A stretch of 64,000 bases of DNA from Candidatus Latescibacterota bacterium (GCA_965221775.1 CBDCSU010000005.1:32001-96000), one strand, 5' to 3'; shown: positions 1 through 10,601, numbered from the stretch's first letter. Notes: a model not told the origin generated them from the sequence alone. Numbers and translations are program-made.

Positions 1-795
<795 letters not shown>

Positions 796-925
796 CGTTC
801 CGGTCCCGGCTGCCGTGGGGAATGCGCTCCGCGGGGAGGTGTCCGCAGATGGGCTTGGGGTATTCGCCGGGACAAGGGGTCAAATCCGCCGTGCGCAAGC
901 CCCGTGCGGCGGGCGGCCGGAGAAG

Positions 926-991
926 TTTATATAATTATTTTCTCTTTTTGCAATTATTTTCCTTGACACAGCGGCTTTCGCGCCCTATATC
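926..991 (+). promoter_or_regulatory. Strong sigma70-like promoter with AT-rich UP element
   Basis: TTGACA (963-968), 17 bp spacer, TATATC, preceded by an A/T tract at 926-960 in otherwise ~70% GC DNA. Confidence 0.65.
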
Positions 992-1426
992 GGCCCCGTC
1001 AACGCCCGAAGTGCGCCTGCGGCGGCCGGCCGACGCCCCCGAAAAAAGAAGCAAACGAAGAACCAGGCGGGAACCTGCCCGCTTTCCGGCCCGCCGCCGC
1101 CGATCGGCCATCCGATCGGCCATCCAATGCGCCACCCTGTGCGCCGGCGGGGCTTGACGGCCGGACCCCGTCCGGTTCGACCCTCCGATTCCGCCGGGCC
1201 ATGCTGCCCGGCGGTGCCGCCCCCGGTGTCGACCGGCGCTCCTGCACGGCCGGGAGGCTGGAAAATTTCCTATCAGGATCAGTTTTGCGCATTCCCGATG
1301 GGCATCTTTCCAATGATTCCAAGGGGTTATGACCGCGCCGCGCAAAAAAACATACTATATGGAACGGTCTGTCCAATACCCAAAACAGAGCGATTTCAAC
1401 GACTTAGGGAAGCTCATATTGAATAA

Positions 1427-2044
1427 TCATTCAAAATCCGGCCGCTTTCCGGCCTCCGGCGCGACCAGCGCCGCCACCCTTGCCCGCAGGTCGGGCAGGA
1501 GTTCGGCCTCGAACCAGGGGGTGCGGGCGACCCAGCCGCGGGTGCGCCAGCTCGGGTGCGGGGTCGGCAAGTAGGCGGGCAGGAAATCGCGCCAGCGGGA
1601 AACGGTTTCGGTCAGCGTCCGGCCGCGCCGGCCGCCGAGATAATGCGCTTGGGCGTAGCCGCCGACCAGCAGGGTCAGCTCCACCGCCGGCATCAGCGCC
1701 AGCAGGGCGGCGTGCCACTGCGGCGCGCATTCCGGCCGGGGCGGGGCGTCGCCGCCGCGCGGCAATCGTCCCGGATAGCAGAAGCCCATCGGCACGATGG
1801 CGATGCGCCGCCGGTCGTAGAAGGTCTCCCGGCCGACCCCCATCCAGCCGCGCAGCCGGTCGCCGCTCGGATCGTTCCACGGCACGCCGCTCTCATGGAC
1901 CTTCGTGCCCGGCGCCTGGCCGACGATCAGCAGCCGCGCGGTCGCCGAGGGCCGCAGCACCGGGCGCGGGCCGAGCGGCAGGTCGGCGGCGCACAGGGTG
2001 CAGCCGCGCACCTCGTCCCACAGGGCGTCCAGCGCGTCGCTCAA
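1427..2044 (-). CDS. Uracil-DNA glycosylase family protein
   Basis: CTLC...LLIVGQAPG...WNDPSGDRLR...MGFCYPG...PHPSWR motifs; TTG start overlaps the cobB stop. Confidence 0.9.
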   Translation of the reverse strand: MSDALDALWDEVRGCTLCAADLPLGPRPVLRPSATARLLIVGQAPGTKVHESGVPWNDPSGDRLRGWMGVGRETFYDRRRIAIVPMGFCYPGRLPRGGDAPPRPECAPQWHAALLALMPAVELTLLVGGYAQAHYLGGRRGRTLTETVSRWRDFLPAYLPTPHPSWRTRGWVARTPWFEAELLPDLRARVAALVAPEAGKRPDFE

Positions 2045-2766
2045 AATCCTTCTTCGAGGACGCGCGCGACCCAGGCCGGCACGACCTCGGTCGCCGGGCC
2101 GTAGACCGTCTCGGCGAACATCGTCGCGCCCTCGCTCGGCTCCATGTTGAGCTCGACGGTGTGGGCGCGCGCCGAGAAGATCGCCTCCTGCACGAAGCCG
2201 GCGGCCGGATAGACGTTGCCGGAGGTGCCGATGGAGACGAACAGGCTGCATTGCGCCAGGGCGCGGGAAATCCGCTCCATCTCGAACGGCATCTCGCCGA
2301 ACCACACGACATGGGGCCGCATCCCGCCGGCGCGCTCGCAAGCCGGGCAGACGGTTTCGATATCCATGTCGCCGGTCCAGCCGTGCACGGCGCCGCACAG
2401 GTCGCAGCGCGCCTTCAGCATCTCGCCGTGCATGTGGATCAGGTTCTTCGAGCCGCCGGCCTCGTGCAGCGCGTCGATATTCTGGGTCACGACCAGCACG
2501 TTGTCCGGCCATTCGGCCTCGAGCCGGCCGAGGGCGACATGGGCCGCGTTGGCCCGGACGTTGCCGGATTGCAGCTCGCGCCGGCGGTGGTTGTAGAAAT
2601 CGTGGACCATCTTCGGGTTGCGGGCGAAGCCCTCCGGCGTCGCGACATCCTCCAGGTTGACCCGCGACCACAGGCCGTCGGCGTCGCGGAAGGTGTCGAG
2701 CCCGGATTCCTTCGAGATGCCCGCCCCGGTAAGGACGACGATATTGCCCGATTTTCTGCCCCGCAT
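2041..2766 (-). CDS. cobB: NAD-dependent protein deacylase (sirtuin)
   Basis: LTGAGISKESG..TFR, TQNID, HMHG, Zn-binding CxxC pairs, RPHVVWFGE, GTSGNVYPAA. Confidence 0.95.
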   Translation of the reverse strand: MRGRKSGNIVVLTGAGISKESGLDTFRDADGLWSRVNLEDVATPEGFARNPKMVHDFYNHRRRELQSGNVRANAAHVALGRLEAEWPDNVLVVTQNIDALHEAGGSKNLIHMHGEMLKARCDLCGAVHGWTGDMDIETVCPACERAGGMRPHVVWFGEMPFEMERISRALAQCSLFVSIGTSGNVYPAAGFVQEAIFSARAHTVELNMEPSEGATMFAETVYGPATEVVPAWVARVLEEGF

Positions 2767-2774
2767 GGCCGGCT

Positions 2775-2999
2775 CTACTCCCGCTCCGTGCCGCGTCGCT
2801 GCGCCGGGTGCCGATTATCGCGGGCGAGCGCCGCCCGCGCCACCTTCTTCATCACGCTCGGCAGGGCCTGCCGGTCGAGGCGCGACGGATCCTCCCAGAC
2901 CGCCGCGCCGGCGGACCCGCCCGTCCGGTCTTCGGTCCGGGCCGTGCGCACGGCGAGTTCGAGCCGGAAATGGGTGAAGACATGGCCGACCGTGCCGCG
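2775..2999 (-). pseudogene. mutY: C-terminal fragment of the A/G-specific adenine glycosylase MutY, truncated at an apparent contig join
   Basis: Minus-strand translation GTVGHVFTHFRLELAV...LDRQALPSVMKKVARAAL matches the MutY C-terminal NUDIX-like tail; no MutY catalytic domain upstream. Confidence 0.75.
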
Positions 3000-3001
3000 C
3001 C

Positions 3002-3898
3002 TGGCTCCACCTGCCCGCCCTGGCCTGGGCGGTGACCGTGGAGGCCGCCGGCTGGATCTGCCCCCTGACGCCGCTGGAGCGGCACCTGCGCCTGGCCGCG
3101 GGAGAGACGGCCTACGCCGGAGGCTTCGTCGAGCATTACATCCTTCCCGTCCTCTATCCCGGCTCGCTGACGCGGAACATCCAGCTCCTGCTGGCCATGG
3201 CCCTGCTGCTGTTCAACGCGGTCGTCTACGGAGCCGGCTGGCGGCGGCGGGAGCGGACGCCGGAAGGCCGGGACCGGACGGCCCGGGCCGGTCCCGCCGG
3301 CAAGGGCGGCGACAGCCGCTCGGAGCCCGATCTCTTGTCGCCGGGAGGAATGTTCCTCGCCGCCGCGGGGGTGCAGGGCGCCGTGCTGCTGCTGGCCCTC
3401 GGCGCCGGCCCCCTGCTCGGGGCGCCGCCCCTTCGCGGCCTGCACCTCTCCCCGGCCGAGGTCTGGCTGGGGCTGGCGGCGGCCCTGCCCCCGACGGCGG
3501 CCGTGGTCCTCGCCGTGCACCACGGGGTCCCCTGGGCCCGGCGGCTGGCCGAATCGGTAGAGGAGGTACTGAAGCCCCTGCTGCTCAACTCGCCGGCGCG
3601 CCTCGCCCTGGTGGCGGGCCTCGCCGGCCTCGGCGAGGAGGCCTTGTTCCGGGGTGTGCTGCAGTCCGCCCTGGCCGCTGCCGCCGGCCCCTGGGCCGGC
3701 CTGCTGGCGGCGGCCCTGCTCTTCGGCGCCGCCCATTCCGTGAGCCTCGCCTACGCAGTCCTCGCCACCCTCTTCGGCCTCTACCTCGGCGGACTCTACC
3801 TGTGGTCCGGCAACCTGCTGGTGCCCGCCGCGGTCCACGCCGCCTACGACTTCGTCCTGCTCCTCTACCTGCGGCGCAGGGTCCGTCTCAGGGCCTGA
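3002..3898 (+). CDS. 5'-truncated DUF2784-like membrane domain in frame with a CPBP (Abi/CAAX) intramembrane protease
   Basis: WLHLPALAW..WICPLTPLE..LR..GGFVEHY (DUF2784-like), followed by GLGEEALFRG, FGAAH and HAAYD (CPBP motifs); in-frame stop at 2975-2977 with no plausible N-terminus. Confidence 0.7.
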   Translation, partial: WLHLPALAWAVTVEAAGWICPLTPLERHLRLAAGETAYAGGFVEHYILPVLYPGSLTRNIQLLLAMALLLFNAVVYGAGWRRRERTPEGRDRTARAGPAGKGGDSRSEPDLLSPGGMFLAAAGVQGAVLLLALGAGPLLGAPPLRGLHLSPAEVWLGLAAALPPTAAVVLAVHHGVPWARRLAESVEEVLKPLLLNSPARLALVAGLAGLGEEALFRGVLQSALAAAAGPWAGLLAAALLFGAAHSVSLAYAVLATLFGLYLGGLYLWSGNLLVPAAVHAAYDFVLLLYLRRRVRLRA

Positions 3899-4721
3899 GG
3901 CCGGACTCCTCCAGGAAGGCGTCCAGATCCCGCCAGAAGCGGCCGAAGTCCGGGGGGGTATCGCCGTGGCCGGAGTCGTAGCTGATCAGCCGGCCCCGCG
4001 GGGCCGCCCGCGCCAGACGCTCGCCGTGGGCGTGGGAGATCAGACCGTCCCGGGTGCCGTGGACCACGAGCACGGGGCCGGCAAAGGAGCGCAGGACCGC
4101 GGCGTTGTCGTAGCGATCGCGCACGAGGAAGGACGGAGCCAGGTAGCGGTGCGCCATGGAGGGCAGGTCGGCGAAGGCCGCCACCAGGACGAGGGCCTGC
4201 AGGGGCCTGCGCGAGGCCAGGGCGCAGACCGCGGCGCCTCCGAGGGACTGGCCGAGGGCGAGGACGCGGTCCCCGTCCACGTCCGGACGCGAGACCAGGG
4301 AGTCGTAGGCCGCGGCGAAGGTCTCGGCCACGCTCTCCAGCGACGGCTTGCCGTCGGAGGACCCGTACCCCGGGTACTCCACCAGCAGGAGGCCGAAACC
4401 GCGCTCGCGGAAGCCCAGGAACCCCTCGGGCATGGTGTCGATCAGGTCGTTGTTGCCGTGGGCGAGGATCACCGCCGGCGCCGGTCCCGCGGGGCGGCTC
4501 TCCCGGGCCGGAGGCAGGTACCAGGCCTCCACCCGCCCGAAGCTGGTCTCGAGCCAGACCACCTCGCGGCCGTCGTGCGCCGGTTGCGGCCCCGGGCGCT
4601 CGCGCAGGTGGGTGCCGGGATAGACCATGGTGGACTGCGTCGCCCAGAGCAGGGCGAGGTAGCCGCCGTAGAGGCCGACAATGGCGAGCAGGCTGAGCAT
4701 GGCGGTCCGAACCTCGGGCAT
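3888..4721 (-). CDS. Alpha/beta hydrolase (ABHD13/Bem46-like) with N-terminal membrane anchor
   Basis: AHGN, EYPGYGSS, GQSLGG nucleophile elbow, HGTRD, GH. Confidence 0.88.
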   Translation of the reverse strand: MPEVRTAMLSLLAIVGLYGGYLALLWATQSTMVYPGTHLRERPGPQPAHDGREVVWLETSFGRVEAWYLPPARESRPAGPAPAVILAHGNNDLIDTMPEGFLGFRERGFGLLLVEYPGYGSSDGKPSLESVAETFAAAYDSLVSRPDVDGDRVLALGQSLGGAAVCALASRRPLQALVLVAAFADLPSMAHRYLAPSFLVRDRYDNAAVLRSFAGPVLVVHGTRDGLISHAHGERLARAAPRGRLISYDSGHGDTPPDFGRFWRDLDAFLEESGLRP

Positions 4722-4770
4722 TCGCTCGACCCGGTTGCGGGCGCCGGCGGCGGCCCCCGGCCGCGCCGCC

Positions 4771-5937
4771 TCAGCGCCCGAAGATGATCCGCTCCTTCTC
4801 GAAGAGCCGCGCCGTGATCTCCACGCAGACCAGACCGAGGAGGGCGGAGGACAGGACCACCGCCAGGCAGGCCCCCACCCGGACCGGCTCCCCGCCGAGG
4901 ACGTCGGTGAGCAGCACGTACTGGCCCAGGGCCGGGATGGCGAACATCCACCAGGCGTCTCCGAGGCTCCACAGGGAGGCGATGAAGTGGGGGACCATGG
5001 GCAGGAGGATCAGCAGCGAGAGGTAGGTCTGGGCCTCCTTGTAGGAACGGGCGAAGGTGGAGAAGGTGACCTGCAGGCCGGCGGCGAAGAACGCCAGAGG
5101 CAGGGTCCCCACCAGCAGCCAGGCGGCCTCCCGGCCGCCGATGTGAAGCTCCAGGCCGAGCTGCTCCAGGGGCACCCGGCTGAGGGCGAAGAGCAGGGCC
5201 ACCAGGGTGAGCCCGACCCCCGCCCCCGAGAACGCCGAGGCCGCCAGCCACTTGCCCAGGACCAGCGTCCGCCGCGGCACCGGGTTGACGAGGAGCGGCT
5301 CCAGGGACTGGCGCTCGCGCTCGCCGGCGGTGGCGTCGATGGCCAGGTTCATGCCTCCCATGAAGGCGGCGAGGATGACGAGCATGGGGATGAAGGTGAA
5401 CCAGCTCGCCGCCCGCTGCCGGGGGCTGGCCACATCGACGTCGTCGATGGTGACGGCGCGGCCCAGCCCGGGGCTGACGCCGCGCGCCATGAGGCGCAGG
5501 TTGCCCACGACCTTGCTGTAGCTTCTCACCAGGCCGCGGACGCGGCCCACGGCCTGGGCCGCCTCCTTGCGCGAGCCGTCGTGAACCAGCTCGACGGCGG
5601 CGCGGCGGCCCTCGGCGAAGTCGGCGGCGAAGTCCTCGGGCACGACCAGGACGAAGTCGAGGTCCTGGGCCCGCACCGCCTCCTGCGGGTCGGCGGGCCC
5701 GTCGACGACGGCGTATCCCCGGCGCCCGAACCAGTCCACCAGGTCGGGGGCGCGCTCGGCGCCGACCACCGGGATGTCGATATCCAGCGACTCCCGGTCG
5801 CGCTCCAGCATGGTGTGGAAGATGATCGGCAGGAGGAAGGGCATGGTCAGGGGGAAGATCAGCGTCGCCAGGACCGACCGCCGGTCGCGGATCCCATCGA
5901 CCAGCTCCTTGCGCAGAATCGCCGGCAGGACCCTCAC
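4771..5937 (-). CDS. ABC transporter permease (NatB-like)
   Basis: KELVDGIRDRRS, AIDATAGERERQSLEPLL, FARSYKEAQ, multiple TM helices. Confidence 0.9.
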   Translation of the reverse strand: MRVLPAILRKELVDGIRDRRSVLATLIFPLTMPFLLPIIFHTMLERDRESLDIDIPVVGAERAPDLVDWFGRRGYAVVDGPADPQEAVRAQDLDFVLVVPEDFAADFAEGRRAAVELVHDGSRKEAAQAVGRVRGLVRSYSKVVGNLRLMARGVSPGLGRAVTIDDVDVASPRQRAASWFTFIPMLVILAAFMGGMNLAIDATAGERERQSLEPLLVNPVPRRTLVLGKWLAASAFSGAGVGLTLVALLFALSRVPLEQLGLELHIGGREAAWLLVGTLPLAFFAAGLQVTFSTFARSYKEAQTYLSLLILLPMVPHFIASLWSLGDAWWMFAIPALGQYVLLTDVLGGEPVRVGACLAVVLSSALLGLVCVEITARLFEKERIIFGR

Positions 5938-6665
5938 GGCTCCACCTCGTCGAGGCCGCTCAAGGCGACGAAGGCGTCCTCCAGGTTGGCGTGGCCGGTG
6001 CGGGCCCGCAGCTCGTCAGGCGTCCCCTCCGCCGCCACCCGGCCCTCGGCGAGGATGACGATGCGGTCGCACAAGGCCGCCACCTCCTGCATGATGTGGC
6101 TCGAGAACAGCACGCAGCGGCCCTCCTCGCGCATGCGGCGGATCAGGCCGCGCACGGCCCGCGTGCTGCCCACGTCGAGGCCGTTGGTGGGCTCGTCCAT
6201 GAGCACCGTGCGGGGATCGTGGACCAGCGCCCTTCCGAGGGAGACCTTGGTCCGCTCGCCGTGGGAGAACCCCTGGGCCCTGCGGCCGGCGATGGCGCCC
6301 ATGTCGAGGAGCTCCACCAACTCGTCGACGCGGCGGTCGAGGGCGGCGCCGGCCAGCCCCCGGAGCTGTCCGAAGTAGCGCAGGTGCTCGCGGGCGGTGA
6401 GCCTCTGGTAGAGGCCGTGGGCGTCGGGCAGGACCCCCATCCGGGCGCGGGCGCCGGCGGGGTCGGCGGCGGCGTCGACGGCATCCACGGCGATGCGCCC
6501 GCCGTCGGGCCGCATCAAGCCGTAGAGCATGCGCAGGGTCGTCGTCTTGCCGGCGCCGTTGGGGCCCAGCAGCCCCGTCACCTCGCCGTCCCGCGCCGCG
6601 AAGGAGACGCCGTCCACCGCCGTGACCTCGCCGAAGCGCTTGCTCAGTCCCTCGACGGAGATCAC
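5934..6665 (-). CDS. ABC transporter ATP-binding protein (NatA-like)
   Basis: GPNGAGKTT Walker A, FSHGE signature, MDEPTNGLD Walker B, SSH switch; GTG start overlaps the upstream stop. Confidence 0.93.
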   Translation of the reverse strand: MISVEGLSKRFGEVTAVDGVSFAARDGEVTGLLGPNGAGKTTTLRMLYGLMRPDGGRIAVDAVDAAADPAGARARMGVLPDAHGLYQRLTAREHLRYFGQLRGLAGAALDRRVDELVELLDMGAIAGRRAQGFSHGERTKVSLGRALVHDPRTVLMDEPTNGLDVGSTRAVRGLIRRMREEGRCVLFSSHIMQEVAALCDRIVILAEGRVAAEGTPDELRARTGHANLEDAFVALSGLDEVEP

Positions 6666-8161
6666 TCGGCGCCTCCCGCCGCCGCCTCTGCGGCCTGCGC
6701 CCCGACCCGCGGACCGGTGAAGGAGCGGAAGTACATGGGCCGCCGGAGATCGTCGACACAGCCGGCGTCGAGGTTGTCGACGCCGGCGTCCTCGAGGAAC
6801 CGGGCGATGAGCCTGGGCACGCAGCCGTGGACCGAGGCCCCGTGGGCGGCGCCGGGCACGACCACGTGGAGCGAGTTCGACAGGTGCCGGGCCACCGACT
6901 CGCCCCAGCGCGGCGGCGTCACCGGGTCCAGCCGTCCGGACAGGACCAGCACCGGCTTGTCGGAGACCACGGGGTCGTGGTAGCCCGGGGGCAGCTCCCC
7001 CCGGGGCCAGAAGTCGCACACCGGCCCCCACATGTCGAGGACCGCCGGGCCCAGGAAGGGCTCGGCGGCGACCCCGCGGCGGTCCTCCTCGGTCAGCCAG
7101 GCCACGTCCTCGGCGCACAGGACCGAGAACAGGAGGGGCACGTTCATCTCGCTCACGCCCTCCATCAGCGGCTCGGAGAGGGCCAGCAGGGGCGCGTAGT
7201 CGCCGCCGTGGGCGCGCTCGATCACCAGCGGCAGGAGGCGCGTCGTCTCGGCGTCGTACAGGGCCGCGCGCAGGAGGAACAGGACGTGCCGGCGCCCCAG
7301 CTCCAGCTCGACGACCTGCCCGGTGCGGGGGTGGGGCACCGCGACCTGCTCGGGGGCCTCCTCGAGCCGGGCGAGCAGCTCCTCGTAGCGGCTCCGCACC
7401 CGGGGGAAGGCCTCGGCGCAGTCGGGGTCGGCCTCGCAGTCGGCGAGCATCAGCTCCACCGAGCGCCGGGCGTCCTCCCCGATGTGCAGGGGCATGCGCA
7501 TCCCCGTGGGCGCGACGCCGTCGAGGACGACGGCGCGCACGCGCTCCGGGTGGCGGCGCAGGTAGACCAGGGCCGCGCGCGTGCCGTACGACCCCCCCCA
7601 CAGGTTGATCCGCTCGTAGCCGAGGGCGCGGCGCACGTCGTCGAGATCGTCCATCGCCGCCGGGGTGGTGTACCGACTCGGGTCGGCGTCGAAGGACTCC
7701 AGGCAGCCGCGCAACTGCTGCACGGGGAGGTCCAGGTCGAAGCTGAAGTAGGTGGAGTCGGCGTCGATGTCGTCGCAGCGGAGGGGGCTCAGGTCGCCGG
7801 TGCCGCGCTGGTCGACGAGGACGATCTCCCGGCGCTCGCGCACCCGGCGCAGGCCCGCTTCGGCGACGCGCGCCAGGGCGCTGGCCGGCATCCCCGGCCC
7901 GCCGGCCAGGAGGAAGAGGGGGTCCGGCGCCGCCCCCCGGCCGAGGGCGGGAAGGACGATCACCTTCAGCTCGATGGTGCGTCCCCGGCCGGACTCCCTG
8001 TCCTCGAAGACCTGGAGACGGCCGCACTCGGCGCCGCTCACGTCGACCTCGTCGGAGCAGGGCCGCAGCTCCAGGGTGCGCTCCGCGGCGCCCACGGGAG
8101 CGGCGACGAGCAGGGCCGCCAGCAGCGCCGGCAGCCGTCTCGCCGGGGTGGGCCGCGACAC
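6662..8161 (-). CDS. Secreted alpha/beta hydrolase, TAP-like peptidase
   Basis: Signal peptide, LAGGPG, DQRGTG, GGSYGT, LDPVTP and AHG motifs. Confidence 0.88.
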   Translation of the reverse strand: MSRPTPARRLPALLAALLVAAPVGAAERTLELRPCSDEVDVSGAECGRLQVFEDRESGRGRTIELKVIVLPALGRGAAPDPLFLLAGGPGMPASALARVAEAGLRRVRERREIVLVDQRGTGDLSPLRCDDIDADSTYFSFDLDLPVQQLRGCLESFDADPSRYTTPAAMDDLDDVRRALGYERINLWGGSYGTRAALVYLRRHPERVRAVVLDGVAPTGMRMPLHIGEDARRSVELMLADCEADPDCAEAFPRVRSRYEELLARLEEAPEQVAVPHPRTGQVVELELGRRHVLFLLRAALYDAETTRLLPLVIERAHGGDYAPLLALSEPLMEGVSEMNVPLLFSVLCAEDVAWLTEEDRRGVAAEPFLGPAVLDMWGPVCDFWPRGELPPGYHDPVVSDKPVLVLSGRLDPVTPPRWGESVARHLSNSLHVVVPGAAHGASVHGCVPRLIARFLEDAGVDNLDAGCVDDLRRPMYFRSFTGPRVGAQAAEAAAGGAE

Positions 8162-8163
8162 GC

Positions 8164-9597
8164 TCAGCGCCAGCCGCGCTGTCCGGAGAGGCCGCGGTTC
8201 GGCGCCGGCCTCACGTCGCGGTCGGGCTCGCCTTCCAGGCGGCCGCCGCGCACCCAGCGCTCGTCCGAGCCGTAGAGCTCGCCCAGCAGCCGGCGCGTGA
8301 GGTCCTCGCGCACGCCGGCGTGGGCGGGATCCTCGGAGAGGTCGCGCATCTCCATCGGGTCCCGGTCGACGTCGAACAGCTGCAGGCGGTTGCCCACGGG
8401 GTACCAGATCAGCTTGTGGGAGCCGCAGCGGACCATGCGCATCGACTTCTCGTCCTCGAAGTGCTCGCAGTAGAGGTGCTCCCGGCGGCTGTCGGAGACC
8501 AGCGACAGGCCCTCCACCGTCTCCGGCGCCGGCAGGCCGCACAGGTCCAGAAGGGTGGGCATCACGTCGCGCAACTCGGCCAGCCGGCCGTCCCGCCGGC
8601 CGGGGCCGCCGCGCTCGCAGCCGGCGGCGGGCATGAGGATCATGGGGACCTTCGCCGACCACTCGAACATGGGCGGCTTCGCCCACAGGCCGTGGTGGCC
8701 GAGCATGTCCCCGTGGTCGGAGGTGAACATGAGGATGGTGTCGTCGAGGAGGCCCTCCTCGCGCAGGCAGCCGACGAGCAGCCGCAGCTGGTGGTCGATG
8801 TAGGTGCACTGGCCGTAGAAGGCCTGCCGCGCCAGGCGGATCCCGGCCTCGCCCATGGGCTGCACCTTGGCGTGGTGCAGGCGCAGGGCGCAGGGCAGCC
8901 GCTCGGGCTCCGCCGCCCATTCGGCGACGACCGGATCCTCGACGCCCAGCCGCTCGTAGAGGTCGTAGTACGCCTGGGGCGGCACCACCGGCGGATGGGG
9001 GGTGATGAAGGAGCAGTACCAGAAGGCCGGGCGCGTCGGGTCGCGGCGCTGGATGGCGCGGCTCATCTCGCGCACCGTCCAGTTCGTCGGGTGGCAGTGC
9101 TCGGGCAGGTGCCAGGGCCGGGTGGTGTAGACGTTGTTGCCCATGGCGTGGGTGAGCTCCTGGCCGGGGTAGCCCTCCTGGCGCAGGAAGCGCTCGAAGT
9201 CGTCGTCGTCGCCGCCGAGGTGGTGGCGCCCCTCCTCGCAGAGGATGACCTCGTCGAAACCGATGCGGTCGCGCTGCGGATAGACGTGCAGCTTGCCCAC
9301 GGCGTAGGCCTGGTAGCCGTTGTCGCGGAAGACCTGCGGCATGGTCGGCAGGTCCGGGCTCATGGGCCGGCCCTCGTCGAAGACGCGGTCGCCGTGGGTC
9401 CGGGCCGTGGTCCCCGTCATCAGCGCCCGCCGCGCCGGGATGCAGGTCGGCGTGGCGGTGTAGGCCTGGGTGAAGAGGGTGCCGTTGGCGGCCACCTGGT
9501 CGAGGGTGGGCGTGAGGATGCGCTCGTGGCCGGCGGCCCCCAGCAGGGGCCCGGGCCAGTGGTCGGCGCAGATCAGCAGGACGTTGGGCTGCGGCAA
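8164..9597 (-). CDS. Sulfatase (Cys-type formylglycine, arylsulfatase-like)
   Basis: PNVLLICADH, CIPARRALMTG (CxPxR), GKLH, PHPP, SDHGD; TTG start with a GGAGG RBS. Confidence 0.93.
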   Translation of the reverse strand: MPQPNVLLICADHWPGPLLGAAGHERILTPTLDQVAANGTLFTQAYTATPTCIPARRALMTGTTARTHGDRVFDEGRPMSPDLPTMPQVFRDNGYQAYAVGKLHVYPQRDRIGFDEVILCEEGRHHLGGDDDDFERFLRQEGYPGQELTHAMGNNVYTTRPWHLPEHCHPTNWTVREMSRAIQRRDPTRPAFWYCSFITPHPPVVPPQAYYDLYERLGVEDPVVAEWAAEPERLPCALRLHHAKVQPMGEAGIRLARQAFYGQCTYIDHQLRLLVGCLREEGLLDDTILMFTSDHGDMLGHHGLWAKPPMFEWSAKVPMILMPAAGCERGGPGRRDGRLAELRDVMPTLLDLCGLPAPETVEGLSLVSDSRREHLYCEHFEDEKSMRMVRCGSHKLIWYPVGNRLQLFDVDRDPMEMRDLSEDPAHAGVREDLTRRLLGELYGSDERWVRGGRLEGEPDRDVRPAPNRGLSGQRGWR

Positions 9598-9611
9598 GAG
9601 ACGCCTCCCCC

Positions 9612-10601
9612 CTACTCCTCGGCCACCATCTCGTCGTAGAAGGCGACGAGGTCGCTTCGGTTCTCGGCGTTGAAGGCCATGCCGGAGCGCGGGTGCTCGT
9701 TGAGGATCCCCGTGACCATGTACGGATGGTCGTAGCCCCACATCAGCTCCTGGCGCATCGGCTCGATGTGGTTCTGGATGCACTCGAGGACCGGGCGCAG
9801 GTGGTACTTCGGGTTGTGCAGGAAGCTGAGGAGCAGCTCCAGCTGGCAGTTGCCGGCGCCCCGCCCGAGGCCGGCGACGCTGGCGTCGAGGAAGTTGGCG
9901 CCCTTGATGATCGCCTGCACGGTGTTGGCGAAGGCCAGCTGCCGGTTGTTGTGGGTGTGGATGCCGACCTCCTTGCCGCTGCCCCTGGTCACGGCGAGGA
10001 ACTTCTCCACCAGCGCCTCCACCTGCTCCGAGTAGAGGAACCCGAAGCTGTCGACCACGTAGATCACGTCCACCGGCGACTCGACGAACAGCTCGACCGC
10101 CTCGTCCAGGTCGCGCTCCTGCACCTTGGAGACGGCCATGAGGTTCACCGTCGTCTCGTAGCCCTTGTCGTGGGCGTCCTTGATCATGCGCAGGGCCAGG
10201 GGGATCTGGTGGATGTAGGTGGCCACCCGGATCATGTCGAGGACGCTCTCCTCTCGCGGCCGCACGTCCTCCACGTAGTCGCTCTTCTCGGCGTCGGCCA
10301 TGGCCGACAGCTTGAGCCCCGTGTCGTTGCCGCCGACGATGCGGCGAACGTCCTCCTCGGCACAGTGCTTCCAGGGTCCGAACTCGTTGACCGGGAACTG
10401 TTTCCGCGAGTTGATGTAACCGATCTCCATATAGTCGATGCCGGCCGCCACGCAGGCCTGGTACACGCCCCGCACGACATCGTCGTCGAACTGGTGGTCG
10501 TTCATCAGCCCGCCGTCGCGGATCGTCGCGTCCAGGACCTTGATCTCCTCCCGGTACGAGATCCAGCGCTCGGCGGCGGTGTGCTCCTCCCGCTCCGTCA
10601 T
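9612..10601 (-). CDS. DRE-TIM metallolyase / HMGL-like aldolase (4-hydroxy-2-oxovalerate aldolase-like)
   Basis: LDATIRDGG, VDSFG, HTHNN, GLGRGAGN. Confidence 0.85.
   Translation of the reverse strand: MTEREEHTAAERWISYREEIKVLDATIRDGGLMNDHQFDDDVVRGVYQACVAAGIDYMEIGYINSRKQFPVNEFGPWKHCAEEDVRRIVGGNDTGLKLSAMADAEKSDYVEDVRPREESVLDMIRVATYIHQIPLALRMIKDAHDKGYETTVNLMAVSKVQERDLDEAVELFVESPVDVIYVVDSFGFLYSEQVEALVEKFLAVTRGSGKEVGIHTHNNRQLAFANTVQAIIKGANFLDASVAGLGRGAGNCQLELLLSFLHNPKYHLRPVLECIQNHIEPMRQELMWGYDHPYMVTGILNEHPRSGMAFNAENRSDLVAFYDEMVAEE

Noticed and set aside
1140-1200. GGTTCGA (T-loop-like) sequence suggesting a tRNA
   Set aside because: I could not build an acceptor stem, D-arm or anticodon arm around it
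1260-1430. AT-rich tract with IHF-like sites as a possible oriC
   Set aside because: No DnaA boxes (TTATCCACA-like) or DUE repeats seen, and no dnaA/hemE/parAB context
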